Origin: a virus
Taxonomy: Duplodnaviria; Caudoviricetes
DNA length: 26,048 bases
IMG/VR virus record: IMGVR_UViG_3300032261_000065
Coordinates: 1 to 26,048 of that record
Reading direction: 5' to 3' (one strand)
Both the position numbers and the translations under genes were made by a program. Within the stretch, counting starts at the first letter, position 1, and each line of letters starts with the position of its first letter. Below the pieces are notes generated by a model. It was not told where the DNA came from. It did not search any database and worked only from the letters and a program-made list of their open reading frames with translations. Of this stretch, positions 7,496 through 16,194 are shown one piece after another.

Positions 7496-9394
7496 ATGCT
7501 GTGGCACAGTAACGCTCCGGAGCCGATGTCCAACACCGGGTACGGCGTCCAGACGGCGCTGTTCGCGCCGCGTATCCGCGACGCCGGGTGGGACATCGCC
7601 CTGTCGTGCATGACCGGCATGTCCGGGTTCCCATCCGAATGGGAGGGGATCACCTGCCTGCCCGCCGGGCTGTCGGCGTTTTCCGCCGACATCATCGAGG
7701 GCCACGCCAACCACTTTTTTGGCCGCGACCCCGGCCTGGTGCTGATCCACTACGACGCGTGGGCGATCGGCGCCGAGGCGGTCGCCGGGCGGGCGTGCGC
7801 CGGGTGGACCCCGGTGCACAGCGACAAGCTGTCCCACGGCGACCGGCTGTTCTACCGGCTGTCGGGGGCGCTGCCGGTCAGCTTCTCCCGCCACGGCGAG
7901 CGGGCGATGAAAGCGGCCGGGCTCGCGCCGTGCTATGTGCCGCACGGCGTGGACACCTCGGTGTTCCGGCCGCTGACACCGGCCGAGCGGGGCGACACGC
8001 GGGAACGGTTCGGCCTGCCGCAAGACGCGTTCGTGATCGCGGTGGTGGCGGCCAACAAGGGCACCGACCCGCCGCGCAAGGGGTGGGGGGAGTTGTTCGC
8101 GGGGTTCGCCGCGTTCCGCGAGCAGCATCCCGAGGCGGTCATGCACGTGCATTCGATGCCGGCGACGCCGGACCCCTACACCCTGGACATGCGCCCGCTG
8201 ATCGCCGACCTGGGGATCGGCGGGTCGGTGATGTTCTCCGACGACTACGGCCAGGCGGCGGGCCTGTTCTCGTCTCAGTACGTGGCGCGGCTGATCGGCT
8301 GCGCGGACGTGCTGGCCAACCCTAGCTGGGGGGAGGGGTTCGGGCTGGCGGCCATCCAGGCCCAAAGCTGCGGGGTGCCGGTGATCGTCGGCGACAACTC
8401 CGCCCAGCCGGAGTTGTGCGGCGCCGGGTGGCGGGTGCAGTGCCAGCGGTACTGGTACCCCCGCGATGAGGCGTGGTGGGCGTGCCCGTCGATCCCCGGC
8501 ATCACCGCCGCGCTGGACAAGGCGTGGAAGTGCGCGCGGCAGCCCGGCCAGCGGGACAAGGTGGCGCGGCGGGCGCGGACGTTCGCCGAGGGCTATGACG
8601 CCGACCTGGTGATGAACACCTACTGGAAACCCGTGCTGGAGATGCTGGAGCAGATGACCGGCGCGGTGCGGGTGCGGGCGCCGGGCAACGGCGCGAGCGT
8701 GCCGCTGCCGACGGTGGAGGCGGACGGGCTGCGGTGGCTGGCGCGCGGCCCGCACACCGACGACTGGATCTCGGTCGGGCATGAGGACGCGCTCGCCCCG
8801 GTGCTGGACGCGCTGCTGCCGGCGGGCGGGGTGCTGGTGGACGTGGGCGCGCACGTGGGCCGGTGGGCGCTGCGGCTGGCCGCCAAGGCGGCCCGCGTGG
8901 TCGCGGTGGAGGCGAACCCGGACACGGCGGCGGCGCTGCGCTACCACCTGGCCCTGAACCAGATCACGAACGTGGCGGTGGTGGAGGCGGCTGCGTGGGA
9001 CGTGCCGGCCCGGCTGGTGCTCGCCGACCACAACCGGCGCGTCACGGGCGGGTCGACCCGGACGCTCGAACGCGGCGAGACGGACGGCGGGGTGGAGGTG
9101 GAGGCGCTGCCGCTGGACGCGGTGCTCGCCGAGGAGCCGCGCATCGACCTGGTCAAGCTGGACGTGGAGGGCGCGGACCTGCAAGCGCTGTGGGGGATGC
9201 GCGGCACGCTGGAGCGGCTGCGCCCGGTGCTGTTCATCGAAGATCACTCGATTTACGGCTACTACGCGCACGCCGACCTGGTGGGGCTGCTGGACAAGCT
9301 GGGCTATGACGGTGAGCCGTTCACCGCGCACCTGGCCGGGGGGAGCACCGCGCCGTACGTGATCGCCCGCCCGCACCGCGAGGACGGCCCGTGA
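7496..9394 (+). CDS. GT4-like (GT-B) glycosyltransferase fused to an FkbM-family methyltransferase
   Basis: LWHSNAP...TGYG, VPHGVDTSVFRP, ADVLANPSWGEGFGL...GVPVI (GT4); VDVGAHVG, VAVEANP, LVKLDVEGAD, RPVLFIE (FkbM). True start may be ATC 7466. Confidence 0.9.
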   Translation: MLWHSNAPEPMSNTGYGVQTALFAPRIRDAGWDIALSCMTGMSGFPSEWEGITCLPAGLSAFSADIIEGHANHFFGRDPGLVLIHYDAWAIGAEAVAGRACAGWTPVHSDKLSHGDRLFYRLSGALPVSFSRHGERAMKAAGLAPCYVPHGVDTSVFRPLTPAERGDTRERFGLPQDAFVIAVVAANKGTDPPRKGWGELFAGFAAFREQHPEAVMHVHSMPATPDPYTLDMRPLIADLGIGGSVMFSDDYGQAAGLFSSQYVARLIGCADVLANPSWGEGFGLAAIQAQSCGVPVIVGDNSAQPELCGAGWRVQCQRYWYPRDEAWWACPSIPGITAALDKAWKCARQPGQRDKVARRARTFAEGYDADLVMNTYWKPVLEMLEQMTGAVRVRAPGNGASVPLPTVEADGLRWLARGPHTDDWISVGHEDALAPVLDALLPAGGVLVDVGAHVGRWALRLAAKAARVVAVEANPDTAAALRYHLALNQITNVAVVEAAAWDVPARLVLADHNRRVTGGSTRTLERGETDGGVEVEALPLDAVLAEEPRIDLVKLDVEGADLQALWGMRGTLERLRPVLFIEDHSIYGYYAHADLVGLLDKLGYDGEPFTAHLAGGSTAPYVIARPHREDGP

Positions 9395-10026
9395 CGGCGT
9401 GGTGGGGCGACGACGGGCTGCTCACCGCGCCGGTAGCTGAGGCGATGCGGCGCGGCGCCAGCCAGGACGCGTGGGAACTGGAGCAGGCGCTCGGCCTGAT
9501 CGCCTTGCTGGCGCCGCGCACGCTGGTGGAGATCGGCTGCGACCGGGGCGGCGCGCTGTACGCGTGGCGGAGCGTGGCTGAGGTGGTGATCGGTATCACG
9601 CTGGCCGATAACTCGTACGAGACGGGCGGGTCGGGGCTGGCGCTGGACCCGCCGCCGGGCTCGCGCCTGATCGTCGGCGACAGCCACGCCCCGGCGACCC
9701 GCGCGCTCTTGCTGGATGCGCTGGTGTGCGCGGAGAACCCGGCGGTTGCGCACGCGGTCGATGTGCTGGTGATCGACGGCGACCACACCGAGGCGGGGGT
9801 GCTCGCCGATCTGGTGATGTACGGGGCGCTGGTGCGCCCGGACGGGCTGATCTTGCTGCACGACATCACCAGCACCAACGACCCGCGCGCCGAGGTGCAC
9901 AAGCTGTGGCCGCATCTGGCGCCCCGGTTTGAGACGGCGGAGATCCGCAACCCCGACGGCGGGTTCGGATGGGGCGTGATCCACGTCCGCGACGGTGACC
10001 GATTCGAGGAGGCCGACGGTGGCTGA
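9391..10026 (+). CDS. Class I SAM-dependent methyltransferase (Methyltransf_24-like)
   Basis: LVEIGCDRGG, IVGDSH, VDVLVIDGDHT...D...LVRPDGLILLHD; GTGA overlap with the upstream gene. Confidence 0.88.
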   Translation: MTAWWGDDGLLTAPVAEAMRRGASQDAWELEQALGLIALLAPRTLVEIGCDRGGALYAWRSVAEVVIGITLADNSYETGGSGLALDPPPGSRLIVGDSHAPATRALLLDALVCAENPAVAHAVDVLVIDGDHTEAGVLADLVMYGALVRPDGLILLHDITSTNDPRAEVHKLWPHLAPRFETAEIRNPDGGFGWGVIHVRDGDRFEEADGG

Positions 10027-10384
10027 TGAGCAGGCGCCCAGCTTGGAGTATGGGCCGAACCCGGCGGTGTCCGCCCAGGCGGGCCTTGACCAGCGCGGCG
10101 GCCCGCAGTTCTCACAGCACGACTACGACCCGGCGGGGTTCTCCCCGCACAGCGACGGCACTACGCCGCCCAAGGCGAAGGCCAAGGCCAAGGCCAAGGC
10201 TGAGGACGAGGCACCGGCCAGGCAGCCGGCGCCGCCGCCGAGCCCCACGCCGGCTGAGGACAAGACGGCGCCCGCCAAAGAGCCCGAGCCGGCGCCGCCG
10301 CCGAGCAAGACCGCGCCGGGCAAGACGCCGCCACCGGAGCCGCATCACCGCAGTTCGGGCGGCCGGGCGGGGCACCGGCCGTGA
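10019..10384 (+). CDS. Pro/Lys/Ala-rich low-complexity hypothetical protein
   Basis: GAGGAGG RBS then GTG 10019; KAKAKAKA encoded by an AAGGCC tandem repeat (10172-10201); PAPPPS repeats. Confidence 0.65.
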   Translation: MADEQAPSLEYGPNPAVSAQAGLDQRGGPQFSQHDYDPAGFSPHSDGTTPPKAKAKAKAKAEDEAPARQPAPPPSPTPAEDKTAPAKEPEPAPPPSKTAPGKTPPPEPHHRSSGGRAGHRP

Positions 10385-10707
10385 CCGCGTACCTGCTGGA
10401 GGCATACCAGGAGTGGGCGTGCCCCAACTGCGGCCTGTCTGAGCGGGTGAAACCGCCGGTTCCGCCGAACGGCGCCCGGTTCCACACCTGCCCGCGCCTG
10501 CACTACCTGACCGCGCCGATGGTGCTCGCCGGCTCGGACTGCAAGGTGACGGCCGTGGAACGCGGCGACTACCTCAATGGGGCCGAGCAGCGCACCGGGG
10601 ACGACGGCCGGCCGTACATGGCGGTGGTGACCGAGCGGGCGGACGGGAGCAACGACGCGGCCGTGTTCGCTGAGGTCGCGGTGGCCCACCTTGGAGGCAT
10701 CCGGTGA
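10381..10707 (+). CDS. Hypothetical protein with putative Zn-binding site
   Basis: WACPNC...FHTCPRLH; GTGA-coupled at both ends. Confidence 0.75.
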   Translation: MTAYLLEAYQEWACPNCGLSERVKPPVPPNGARFHTCPRLHYLTAPMVLAGSDCKVTAVERGDYLNGAEQRTGDDGRPYMAVVTERADGSNDAAVFAEVAVAHLGGIR

Positions 10708-10835
10708 GCGAGCCAGAGAACGAGCCCCCGGCGGTGTACGTGCACGCCGAGCCGGCAGCCGCAGCGGGCGGCTCCGGGCCACAGCAGGAGCCCGCCGAGG
10801 GCGGGGATGAGGAGAACGGCGATGCCCTGGACTGA
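10704..10835 (+). CDS. Small acidic peptide (43 aa) missing from the ORF track
   Basis: GGAGG RBS, GTGA overlap; MSEPENEPPAVYVHAEPAAAAGGSGPQQEPAEGGDEENGDALD; fills the gap between neighbours. Confidence 0.55.
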   Translation: MSEPENEPPAVYVHAEPAAAAGGSGPQQEPAEGGDEENGDALD

Positions 10836-11349
10836 CAGCACCCCGACCAGCCGCATCTTCACGCAGGCGCTGCTGAACCCGCTGCTGGGCCGGGCCTGGT
10901 CTACCGCCGCGCCCACGACCTACGCCAACCTGTCGGCGGACGACGTGCGGGCGGCGCTGTTCAACAACTCGGTGAGCCCCGACGCGAGCGCGGCGGTGGC
11001 AAACACCGGGTTCAACACCGGCACGTGGCTGACCGCCAACCAGGTCACCGACGCGACGAACTGGACTTCGCCGGGGCGGGCGCTGGGCACCAAGACATTC
11101 AGCGTGAGCGCGGCCGGGGCGCAGACCACCCCGTCCACCGTGTCCTTCGGCGCGGCGAACACCGCCGGCGGCGGCAACGTGACGATCGCCAACGCGTACG
11201 GCGCCCTGGTGCACGACAACACGATCACCGCCGGGACAGTGGCCGCGCAGGGCATGTGCTTCAACTACTTCGGCGGCAGCCAGGGCGTCACGGGCGGCAC
11301 GTTCACGATCGTGTGGGACGCCACCGGGGTGCTCAAGGTCACCAACTGA
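10822..11349 (+). CDS. Putative virion structural protein (Thr/Ala/Asn-rich, beta-rich; fibre/decoration type)
   Basis: GAGGAG RBS then ATG 10822; DDVRAALF...VSFGAA...AYGALVH...FGG...GTFTIVWDATGV pattern recalled from phage structural proteins. Confidence 0.7.
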   Translation: MPWTDSTPTSRIFTQALLNPLLGRAWSTAAPTTYANLSADDVRAALFNNSVSPDASAAVANTGFNTGTWLTANQVTDATNWTSPGRALGTKTFSVSAAGAQTTPSTVSFGAANTAGGGNVTIANAYGALVHDNTITAGTVAAQGMCFNYFGGSQGVTGGTFTIVWDATGVLKVTN

Positions 11350-11361
11350 GGTGATGCCCCG

Positions 11362-12141
11362 GTGGCCACCACCCTGACGAACTCGCTGGAAGGCGTCACC
11401 CCCTCGGGCACGACGCTGACCGCCGGGGCGGGCGGCAACACCGGCACCGCGCCGGACAGCTTTTTCGACACGGTCAACATCGGGACCGGCGCGACGAACG
11501 CCTCCGACTCGGCGCAGGCGGCGCACGGCTCGCTGTCGCTGAAGATCGCTACCGGCGCGACGGCGGCGACCTCCTATGTGGCGTGGGCCGCGTCGTTCCC
11601 CACCGTGACGATCGCCTGGTACCGGCTGTACATGTTCCTGGCCGCGTACCCGACGGCCGGCAACCCCCGGTTCATCGGCGCGCAGAACAGCACCGCCGCG
11701 ATCATCGGCTCGGTGCGGCTGAACAACAACACCGGCACGATCAGCGTGCAGAACTCGGCCAACGCGGTGATCGCCGGCATGACCACCACCAACGCGGTGC
11801 CGCTGAACGCGTGGTGCCGGATCGAGGGCTACTTCAACGCCACGGCCGGGGTCGCTGAGATCAACCTGTTCCTGGCGCCGGACTCGGCGACCGCCACCGA
11901 GACGCTGACCTCGGCGGGCGGGCAGTCCCTCGGCGCGAACGTCGCGCAGTTCCGGTTCGGCCAGTCCGGCGGCGCGACCGCGAACTACGGGCCGCACTGG
12001 TACGACGATCTCGGCATCTCCGACACGGCCTACCTCGGCCCGGCGGTGCCGGCGGGGGGGCTGCTGCCGCAGCAGATCAGCATTCGCCGGCCGGCGGTGC
12101 CGGCCGGGCGGGCGGCGCACGCCGCTGTCTACGGGAGGTGA
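11362..12141 (+). CDS. Putative beta-jelly-roll (ConA/lectin- or CBM-like) virion protein
   Basis: QAAHGSLSLKI, WYRLYMFL, VPLNAWCRIE, HWYDDLGIS motifs; GAGG RBS. Confidence 0.65.
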   Translation: MATTLTNSLEGVTPSGTTLTAGAGGNTGTAPDSFFDTVNIGTGATNASDSAQAAHGSLSLKIATGATAATSYVAWAASFPTVTIAWYRLYMFLAAYPTAGNPRFIGAQNSTAAIIGSVRLNNNTGTISVQNSANAVIAGMTTTNAVPLNAWCRIEGYFNATAGVAEINLFLAPDSATATETLTSAGGQSLGANVAQFRFGQSGGATANYGPHWYDDLGISDTAYLGPAVPAGGLLPQQISIRRPAVPAGRAAHAAVYGR

Positions 12142-12142
12142 C

Positions 12143-12412
12143 ATGGCCGCGCTGGGGAATGATCAGTGCCGCAAGGTGTTCGAGGACACCGGGCCGCGCA
12201 AGTGGGCGCTGTTCGGCCTGTACAACGTCACCTCCGGCGACACGATCGACATGGCCGCGCTGACGTTTTTCACCAAGGTGAATCAGGCGATGGTGATGGG
12301 CTGCACCGTCACCGGCACCGCCACCGCCGGCGCCGCCGGTGCGGTGATCACCCTCCCGGCGGGGCTGGCCGGCGACTCGGCTTATCTGCTGGTGGACGGG
12401 ATTCCGGTCTGA
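12143..12412 (+). CDS. Hypothetical protein (89 aa), probable small beta-rich structural protein
   Basis: GGAGG RBS, ATG; coupled to the next gene by TGATG. Confidence 0.7.
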   Translation: MAALGNDQCRKVFEDTGPRKWALFGLYNVTSGDTIDMAALTFFTKVNQAMVMGCTVTGTATAGAAGAVITLPAGLAGDSAYLLVDGIPV

Positions 12413-12912
12413 TGAGTGAGTACATCGCCGCGCCCCGCGCGACGACGGCGCCGTTCATGCCGGTCGTGGTGGCGCTGGTCGGCGGCACGGCCAAGACGGT
12501 GCTGCAAGTGGCCACCCCCTCCACGACCGACATTTTGATCTTGGGCTGGTCGCTGAGCTTCGACGGCGCGTCCGGCACGGCGGTGCCGGTGATCTGCCAG
12601 CTTGTGGACACCGACGTGGCGGCCACCGTCACGGCGCTGACGCCGGACCTGTACGGCAACAGCCAGCAGCCCGCGAGCCTGTGCGTGGGCGGCACGGCGG
12701 CGACCGGCTACAACGCCAGCGCCGAGGGGACGATCACCAACGTGATCACCGCCGACCAGCAGCACGTGCACCCGCAGGCGGGGTACGGGATCTGGTTCCC
12801 CGAGGGCGGGCGCAAGCGGGTCGCGCCGTCGCGGTTCCTGCGGCTGCGCTGCCAGGCGCCGGCGGGCGTGAACGTCATCCCGGAGATCTACTGGGCCGAG
12901 CCCGCCGTCTAG
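12412..12912 (+). CDS. Hypothetical beta-sandwich structural protein (166 aa)
   Basis: ATG 12412 overlapping the upstream stop; MSEYIAAPRA...KTVLQVATPS...GWSLSFDG...HVHPQAG; track start 12166 overlaps another gene and is unlikely. Confidence 0.72.
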   Translation: MSEYIAAPRATTAPFMPVVVALVGGTAKTVLQVATPSTTDILILGWSLSFDGASGTAVPVICQLVDTDVAATVTALTPDLYGNSQQPASLCVGGTAATGYNASAEGTITNVITADQQHVHPQAGYGIWFPEGGRKRVAPSRFLRLRCQAPAGVNVIPEIYWAEPAV

Positions 12913-12927
12913 CCAGGGGAGGCCGCT

Positions 12928-15900
12928 ATGGCATCCTCGGCGCTGCTGCGGCGCGGCCCCGGCGTGCCGGTCATCCCGGCGCAGGCGGCGGCTGCGGGCA
13001 CGGGGAACGCGGGCGCAGCCGCCGGCCTGGCGTCGGCCCCGGCGGCGGTGGCGGCGCTCGCGGTGAACGCGGGTGTGGCCACCGCGTCGGCGTCGGCCCC
13101 GGCCGCCACGGCGGCGGCCACGGCGGCGGCGGGCGCCGCCGCGGGCCTGGCGGCGGTGACGGCGGCCAGGGCGGCGGCAGCCACCTCCGCCGGGCCGGCC
13201 ACGGCGCAGGCGGCTGCCCCCGCCGCCACGGTGAGCACCGTCACGGCGGGCACCGGCAGTGCGGCGGCAGCGGCGGCCACCGCCTCGGCCCCGCCGGGCG
13301 GGGCGTCGGCGGGGATCACGGCGGGTGCACCCACTGGGCTAGCGCGGGTGACAGGCGCGACGGCCGCAGCCACGGCGGCTGCGGCCGCCGCCGCTGGGCT
13401 CGCGCAGGTGAGCGCGGCCACCGTCGCGGCCACCGCCCCAGCGGCCGGGGCCGCTGGGGCCGGGCAGGTCACGGCCGCCCGCGCGCAGGCCACCGCCACG
13501 GCGGCTCCCGCTGCCTCGCTCGCCCTGGTGAGCGCCGCCACGGTGGCGACGGCGGCGACCGGCACCGCGAACGCGGGAGCCGCCGCCGCCACGGCCACCG
13601 CACCCGCCGCCGTAGCGGCCGTGGGGGTGCTGCCCCGCGCGGCGCAGGCCGACTCGTACGCGGCGATGAGCCGGGGCTACACGGCGGGGATGCTGGCCCG
13701 CAACGACCTGGTGTACTCCTCGCAGATCTTCTGGTCGCACCTGCCGGCCGGCGGCACCCCGGCGCTGGGCACCAACCCGACGGCGCAGGCGTCGGCGCGG
13801 ACCCTCGGCTACCGGGGCGTCCGGTTCCAGGGGCAAAACCTGCCGGCCACGCTCGGGGGCACCGGCACAACCGGCGCGTCCTACTCGCCGGCGAACTGGG
13901 CTAGCTCGCTCACCACGCTGGTGTACACCCTCGGCGGGATTCCGCTGCCGGTCGGGCTGCCGCCGACCGGGACGCCGAACTGGCCGGGCGGCACCGATGT
14001 GGTGGTGGACGCGTCGGGCCTGACCGCGACGGGCTACGCGTTCTGGCAGTGGATCGTCACGAACTCGGTGGGCTACAGCCAGCTTTTCGAGGTGTGCAAC
14101 GAGCCGACGAACTACGGCTCCACGTTCGGCTGCACGACGGTGCAGAACTACTTTGACATGTTCTGGGTCAACGTCCCGAAGCTGAAGGCGTGGGCGCGGG
14201 CGCAGGGCTACCCGGAGATCTATGTGGGCGGGCCGGCGCTGTCCGGCGGCGAAGCGTTCAAGATCAACGGGATGCAGACGTTCCTGCAACTGTGCCTGGC
14301 CCAGTACGCGATCGACGGGAACCCGGACTGGATTCCCAAGTTTGTCTCCGGGCACTTCTACGGCGGCGCGGGCGTCACCAGCAACAACACGCCCGCCTAC
14401 CTCACCACGGCGGGGACCGACTTTGACACGGTGCGGTCGTGGATCGCGGCGAACGTGCCGGCCCAGTTCGATGTCAAGGTCGCCATCTCGGAGTACAACT
14501 ACAACGCCCAGGCCAACGCGGGCACGGACTACACCAGCGCGTCCGCGATGAGCGCCTACTACAGCAACTTCTTTACGATGGCCACCACGGCCGCGCCCGA
14601 CGGCAAGCAGCGGCTCTGGTTCGCCAGCGAGTTCTGTATCGAGTCGGCGGGCACCAACCTGTTCCTGCTGGACTCCGCCGGGGCGGTCGGCGTCCCCGGC
14701 GCGGCGTACCAGTCGTATGCGACGGCGGCCCCGGTGCAGGCCGGCGGCGTGTTCGGCGCGACGGTCACCACGATCCCGGCGGTGCAGGCCCCGGCGGGGG
14801 TGGCGGCGGCGGCGGCGTCGGCGCCGGCGCCTGCCATGGGCCAGGCCGGTGCGGGCGGCGCCACGGCGGCTGCGCCCGCCCCGGTCACCGCCGTCACCGT
14901 GAACGCGGGGGTAGCTGCCGCGCTGGCGGCGGCCCCGGCCGCTGGGCAGGCCGCTGCCGCGCTGGCCGCACCGGCCGCGACGGTGGCGGCGGCGCCGGCG
15001 GGCAGCGCCACGCTGGCGGGCTTGCCAGCGGCGGGAGCGGCGTCCGCGCTGGCGCAGGTGAACGCGGGACGGGCCGCGATCGGCCCCGGCGCGGCGGTTG
15101 CGGCGGGAGTGGCCGCCGCGCCGGGTACCACGTTCACCTATGCCCCGGCGGGCGCGGCGAGTGCGGCGGCGGCGGCGGCGGCCCCGGTCATCCAGACGAC
15201 CGGGGTGACGAACGCGGCGGCGGCGCCGGCGGCGGCCCTGGCGGCGGCACCGGCCTCCGCCGGGCTGGGCGCGGCCACGGTCACCGCCGCGCCCGCTACC
15301 GGGACGGCGGCAGCCGGGCTCGGCCAGGGCTTTGGAGCATCGGCCCCGGCGGCGGGCGCGGCTGCCGCCACCGCAGCGGCCCCGGCGGCGGGCATCGGCC
15401 AGGCGGCGAGCGCGGCGGCGGGCGCGGCCAGCGCCTCCGGCCAGGCGGGGACCGCTGTCGCGGCCCCGGCGGCGGGCGCGGGTGTGGCCACCGGCCAGGC
15501 GCAGGCCGGCGCCGGCTCGGCGGGCGCGGCGACCGCCGCCCCGGCGGGGGTGGCCACGGCGGCTGCCGCCGCGACGGGCGCGGCGGCGGGAGCGGGGGGA
15601 CTGGCTGCTGCGGGAGCGGCGGCGGCGCAGGGCTCGGCGGCCTCGGCCACGGCGGCGGTAACCGTGGCCGGTGGGGCGGCAGCCGGGGCCGGCGCGGCGC
15701 CTCCGGCCGCAGCGGGCGCGGGTGTGTTCGCCACGGCGCAGGTGGCCGCTGCCTCAGCGGCGGCGCCGGGCGTGCTCCGGCAGATTCAGCCGCCTGCCGG
15801 CGCGGCTGCCGCGTCCGCTCCGGGCGCCCTGGCGGCGGTCACGGTCCTCGCTGGCGTGGCCGCCGCCACGGGCTCGGCGCCCGCTGTGGCGATGGCCTCC

Positions 15901-16194
15901 ACCCGCGCGGCGGCGGTGGCGGCGGCGGCGGCCTCGGCTGCCGGGCCGTCGTTCGTCCTCACCGCGAACGCGCACGCGCTGGCGGCGCTGGCGCAGGCGG
16001 CGGCGCAGGGCGCGGGGGTGGTGACGGCGATCCCGCCGTCGTTCGCCATCTCGGCGGCCAGCGGCGGCCCGCTGGTGGGTGCGGCCGTGGCGAGTGATGT
16101 GCCGGTGGGCTCGGTGACTGCCGGAGGCGGGAGCCCGCTCGCGGTCACGATGGGCGCCGACCCGCTGTACTCAACAACGTCAGGGAGCCCGTGA
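12928..16194 (+). CDS. Ala-rich repeat protein with a central clan GH-A (GH39-like) glycoside hydrolase domain
   Basis: Central ~13630-14720: FEVCNEP (acid/base Glu 14101), YVGGPA, FVSGHFY, VAISEYN (nucleophile Glu 14491); flanks are degenerate AGAAAATATAPAA-type repeats. Confidence 0.8.
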   Translation: MASSALLRRGPGVPVIPAQAAAAGTGNAGAAAGLASAPAAVAALAVNAGVATASASAPAATAAATAAAGAAAGLAAVTAARAAAATSAGPATAQAAAPAATVSTVTAGTGSAAAAAATASAPPGGASAGITAGAPTGLARVTGATAAATAAAAAAAGLAQVSAATVAATAPAAGAAGAGQVTAARAQATATAAPAASLALVSAATVATAATGTANAGAAAATATAPAAVAAVGVLPRAAQADSYAAMSRGYTAGMLARNDLVYSSQIFWSHLPAGGTPALGTNPTAQASARTLGYRGVRFQGQNLPATLGGTGTTGASYSPANWASSLTTLVYTLGGIPLPVGLPPTGTPNWPGGTDVVVDASGLTATGYAFWQWIVTNSVGYSQLFEVCNEPTNYGSTFGCTTVQNYFDMFWVNVPKLKAWARAQGYPEIYVGGPALSGGEAFKINGMQTFLQLCLAQYAIDGNPDWIPKFVSGHFYGGAGVTSNNTPAYLTTAGTDFDTVRSWIAANVPAQFDVKVAISEYNYNAQANAGTDYTSASAMSAYYSNFFTMATTAAPDGKQRLWFASEFCIESAGTNLFLLDSAGAVGVPGAAYQSYATAAPVQAGGVFGATVTTIPAVQAPAGVAAAAASAPAPAMGQAGAGGATAAAPAPVTAVTVNAGVAAALAAAPAAGQAAAALAAPAATVAAAPAGSATLAGLPAAGAASALAQVNAGRAAIGPGAAVAAGVAAAPGTTFTYAPAGAASAAAAAAAPVIQTTGVTNAAAAPAAALAAAPASAGLGAATVTAAPATGTAAAGLGQGFGASAPAAGAAAATAAAPAAGIGQAASAAAGAASASGQAGTAVAAPAAGAGVATGQAQAGAGSAGAATAAPAGVATAAAAATGAAAGAGGLAAAGAAAAQGSAASATAAVTVAGGAAAGAGAAPPAAAGAGVFATAQVAAASAAAPGVLRQIQPPAGAAAASAPGALAAVTVLAGVAAATGSAPAVAMASTRAAAVAAAAASAAGPSFVLTANAHALAALAQAAAQGAGVVTAIPPSFAISAASGGPLVGAAVASDVPVGSVTAGGGSPLAVTMGADPLYSTTSGSP

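Noticed and set aside
5993-9376. 1127-aa minus-strand ORF
   Set aside because: Antisense shadow of capsid and GT genes caused by high GC3; Arg/His/Pro-rich with no motifs
10345-12144. 599-aa minus-strand ORF
   Set aside because: Antisense shadow over several well-supported + strand genes
14439-16097. Gly/Arg-rich 552-aa alternative + frame ORF
   Set aside because: Off-frame reading of GCG/GCC Ala codons; no RBS or domain signal
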